From NCBI GenBank assembly GCA_964551955.1, contig CAZKFE010000002.1, forward strand, positions 1 through 34,694: DNA of 34,694 nt, written 5' to 3'. The translations under genes and the position numbers were made by a program. Below the pieces are notes generated by a model. It ran no database searches. It worked only from the letters and a program-made list of their open reading frames with translations, and was not told the DNA's origin. Shown in pieces: positions 33,933-34,694 of the stretch. This DNA comes from an uncultured Candidatus Actinomarina sp. (GTDB lineage: Bacteria; Actinomycetota; Acidimicrobiia; Actinomarinales; Actinomarinaceae). Position 1 is the stretch's first letter, and every line of letters starts with the position of its first letter.

Positions 33933-34694
33933 AAATGAAAATTGGAGTATTTGTACCGCAAGGATGGAGAATGGATTTAAATAATTTAAGTCCGAATGAA
34001 GAATGGAATACTATTAAAATTTCTACATTAAATATTGAAAAACTTGGATATGAATCAATATGGGTATATGACCATTTTCATACAGTTCCTTCTCCAAGTA
34101 TACAACCAACATATGAATGCTGGACATTAATGGCTGCATTGTCACAAATAACTTCCAAGATTAGATTAGGTCAAATGTGTACATGTAATTCATATCGTAA
34201 TCCCGCATACCTTACAAAAGTTGCATCTAATATTGATGTTATTTCAAACGGAAGATTAGAGTTCGCAATTGGTGCTGGTTGGTATGATCAAGAATATAAA
34301 GCATACGGATATGAGTATCCTTCTGATGGTAAAAGATTAGAAATGTTAGAAGAAGCATTATCAATATATATAGAAATGATGACTAACGAAAGAGCAACGT
34401 ATAATGGAAAATATTATAATATTTTTGAAGCTATTAATGAACCTAAACCTATACAAAAACCTTACCCTCCATTATGGGTTTGTGGAGGAGGAGAAAAAGT
34501 AACTTTAAAACTACTAGCAAAATATGGTAACTATGGTAATTGGGACGTTGATCATGAAGGATTTAAAAATAAATCACAAATTCTTATAGATCATTGTGAA
34601 AAAGAAAATAGAGATTTTAATTCGATAATAAGATCATTGCATTCAAATGTAATAATCGGAGAAAATGTAAAAGATTTAAATTATAAAATTAAAA
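33929..34694 (+). CDS. luciferase-like (LLM class) F420/flavin-dependent oxidoreductase, 5' part (runs off the right edge)
   Basis: Not in the ORF track because it is open-ended. My translation is MKMKIGVFVPQGWRMDL...ESIWVYDHF...GRLEFAIGAGWYDQEYKAYGYEYPSDGKRLEMLEEAL...PKPIQKPYPPLWVCGGGEKVTLKLLAKYG. This is typical of actinobacterial LLM-class oxidoreductases. Confidence 0.8.
   Translation, partial: MKMKIGVFVPQGWRMDLNNLSPNEEWNTIKISTLNIEKLGYESIWVYDHFHTVPSPSIQPTYECWTLMAALSQITSKIRLGQMCTCNSYRNPAYLTKVASNIDVISNGRLEFAIGAGWYDQEYKAYGYEYPSDGKRLEMLEEALSIYIEMMTNERATYNGKYYNIFEAINEPKPIQKPYPPLWVCGGGEKVTLKLLAKYGNYGNWDVDHEGFKNKSQILIDHCEKENRDFNSIIRSLHSNVIIGENVKDLNYKIK

Noticed and set aside
1-34694. A scan by eye for tRNA/rRNA/tmRNA genes, CRISPR repeats, IS elements, integrases, toxin-antitoxin pairs, restriction-modification or other defence genes, and long direct or inverted repeats.
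   Set aside because: None was found. More than 99% of the window is occupied by recognisable or membrane-type CDS, and the remaining spacers total roughly 260 nt. Short dispersed repeats cannot be excluded without a computational self-alignment.
1-34694. Alternative taxonomic readings, since low GC and dense packing could suggest SAR11, Mollicutes or an insect endosymbiont.
   Set aside because: The presence of mIHF, the pgsA1-acyltransferase-pimA cluster, an LLM/F420-type oxidoreductase and gene-by-gene colinearity with the Mycobacterium backbone all point to Actinobacteria. Assignment below phylum level remains inference.

Overview
This is an AT-rich window (about 30% GC by eye) of almost gap-free housekeeping genes. 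I call 42 CDS, two of them partial at the window edges. Thirty-five sit in one unbroken minus-strand array from thrS to ribH (29364..31298 down to 291..683), followed by infC.

Content, in transcription order:
- thrS, a small membrane ORF, and phosphatidylinositol/PIM lipid genes (pgsA-like, acyltransferase, pimA-like GT4)
- pdxS, pdxT, yebC, a 117-aa PD-(D/E)XK nuclease, queA, tgt, yajC, secD, secF
- rel, an MBL hydrolase, hisS, aspS, alaS, ruvX, mltG, efp, nusB, mihF, gmk, rpoZ, coaBC
- a priA-like gene, def, fmt, rpe, ribD, ribE, ribBA, ribH, then infC

The right end holds an orphan plus-strand ORF, a lipoprotein cyclophilin, a PaaI-type thioesterase, two small membrane ORFs and a partial luciferase-like (F420/flavin) oxidoreductase.

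The gene order is a compressed copy of the conserved actinobacterial backbone (Mycobacterium thrS...nusB and mihF...ribH regions). Together with actinobacterial mIHF, the PIM genes and the LLM oxidoreductase, this suggests a genome-streamlined low-GC actinobacterium, possibly marine and Actinomarinales-like. That taxonomic call is inference only.

I found no rRNA, tRNA, CRISPR, transposase, integrase, prophage or defence-island content, and I do not see a novel multi-gene system. The points worth following up are reductive-evolution anomalies:
1. An archaeal-Hjc-like nuclease occupies the slot where ruvC normally follows yebC, and no ruvA/ruvB is in the locus.
2. The HisRS ends right after class-II motif 3 and so lacks the anticodon-binding domain.
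3. The PriA-like protein has lost its Walker A/B and zinc-binding motifs.
4. The only sizeable internal spacer is a structured leader with an intrinsic terminator abutting the infC start.
5. The 35-gene array has no spacer longer than 21 nt.

All motif positions and counts were made by hand from the sequence and the ORF track.
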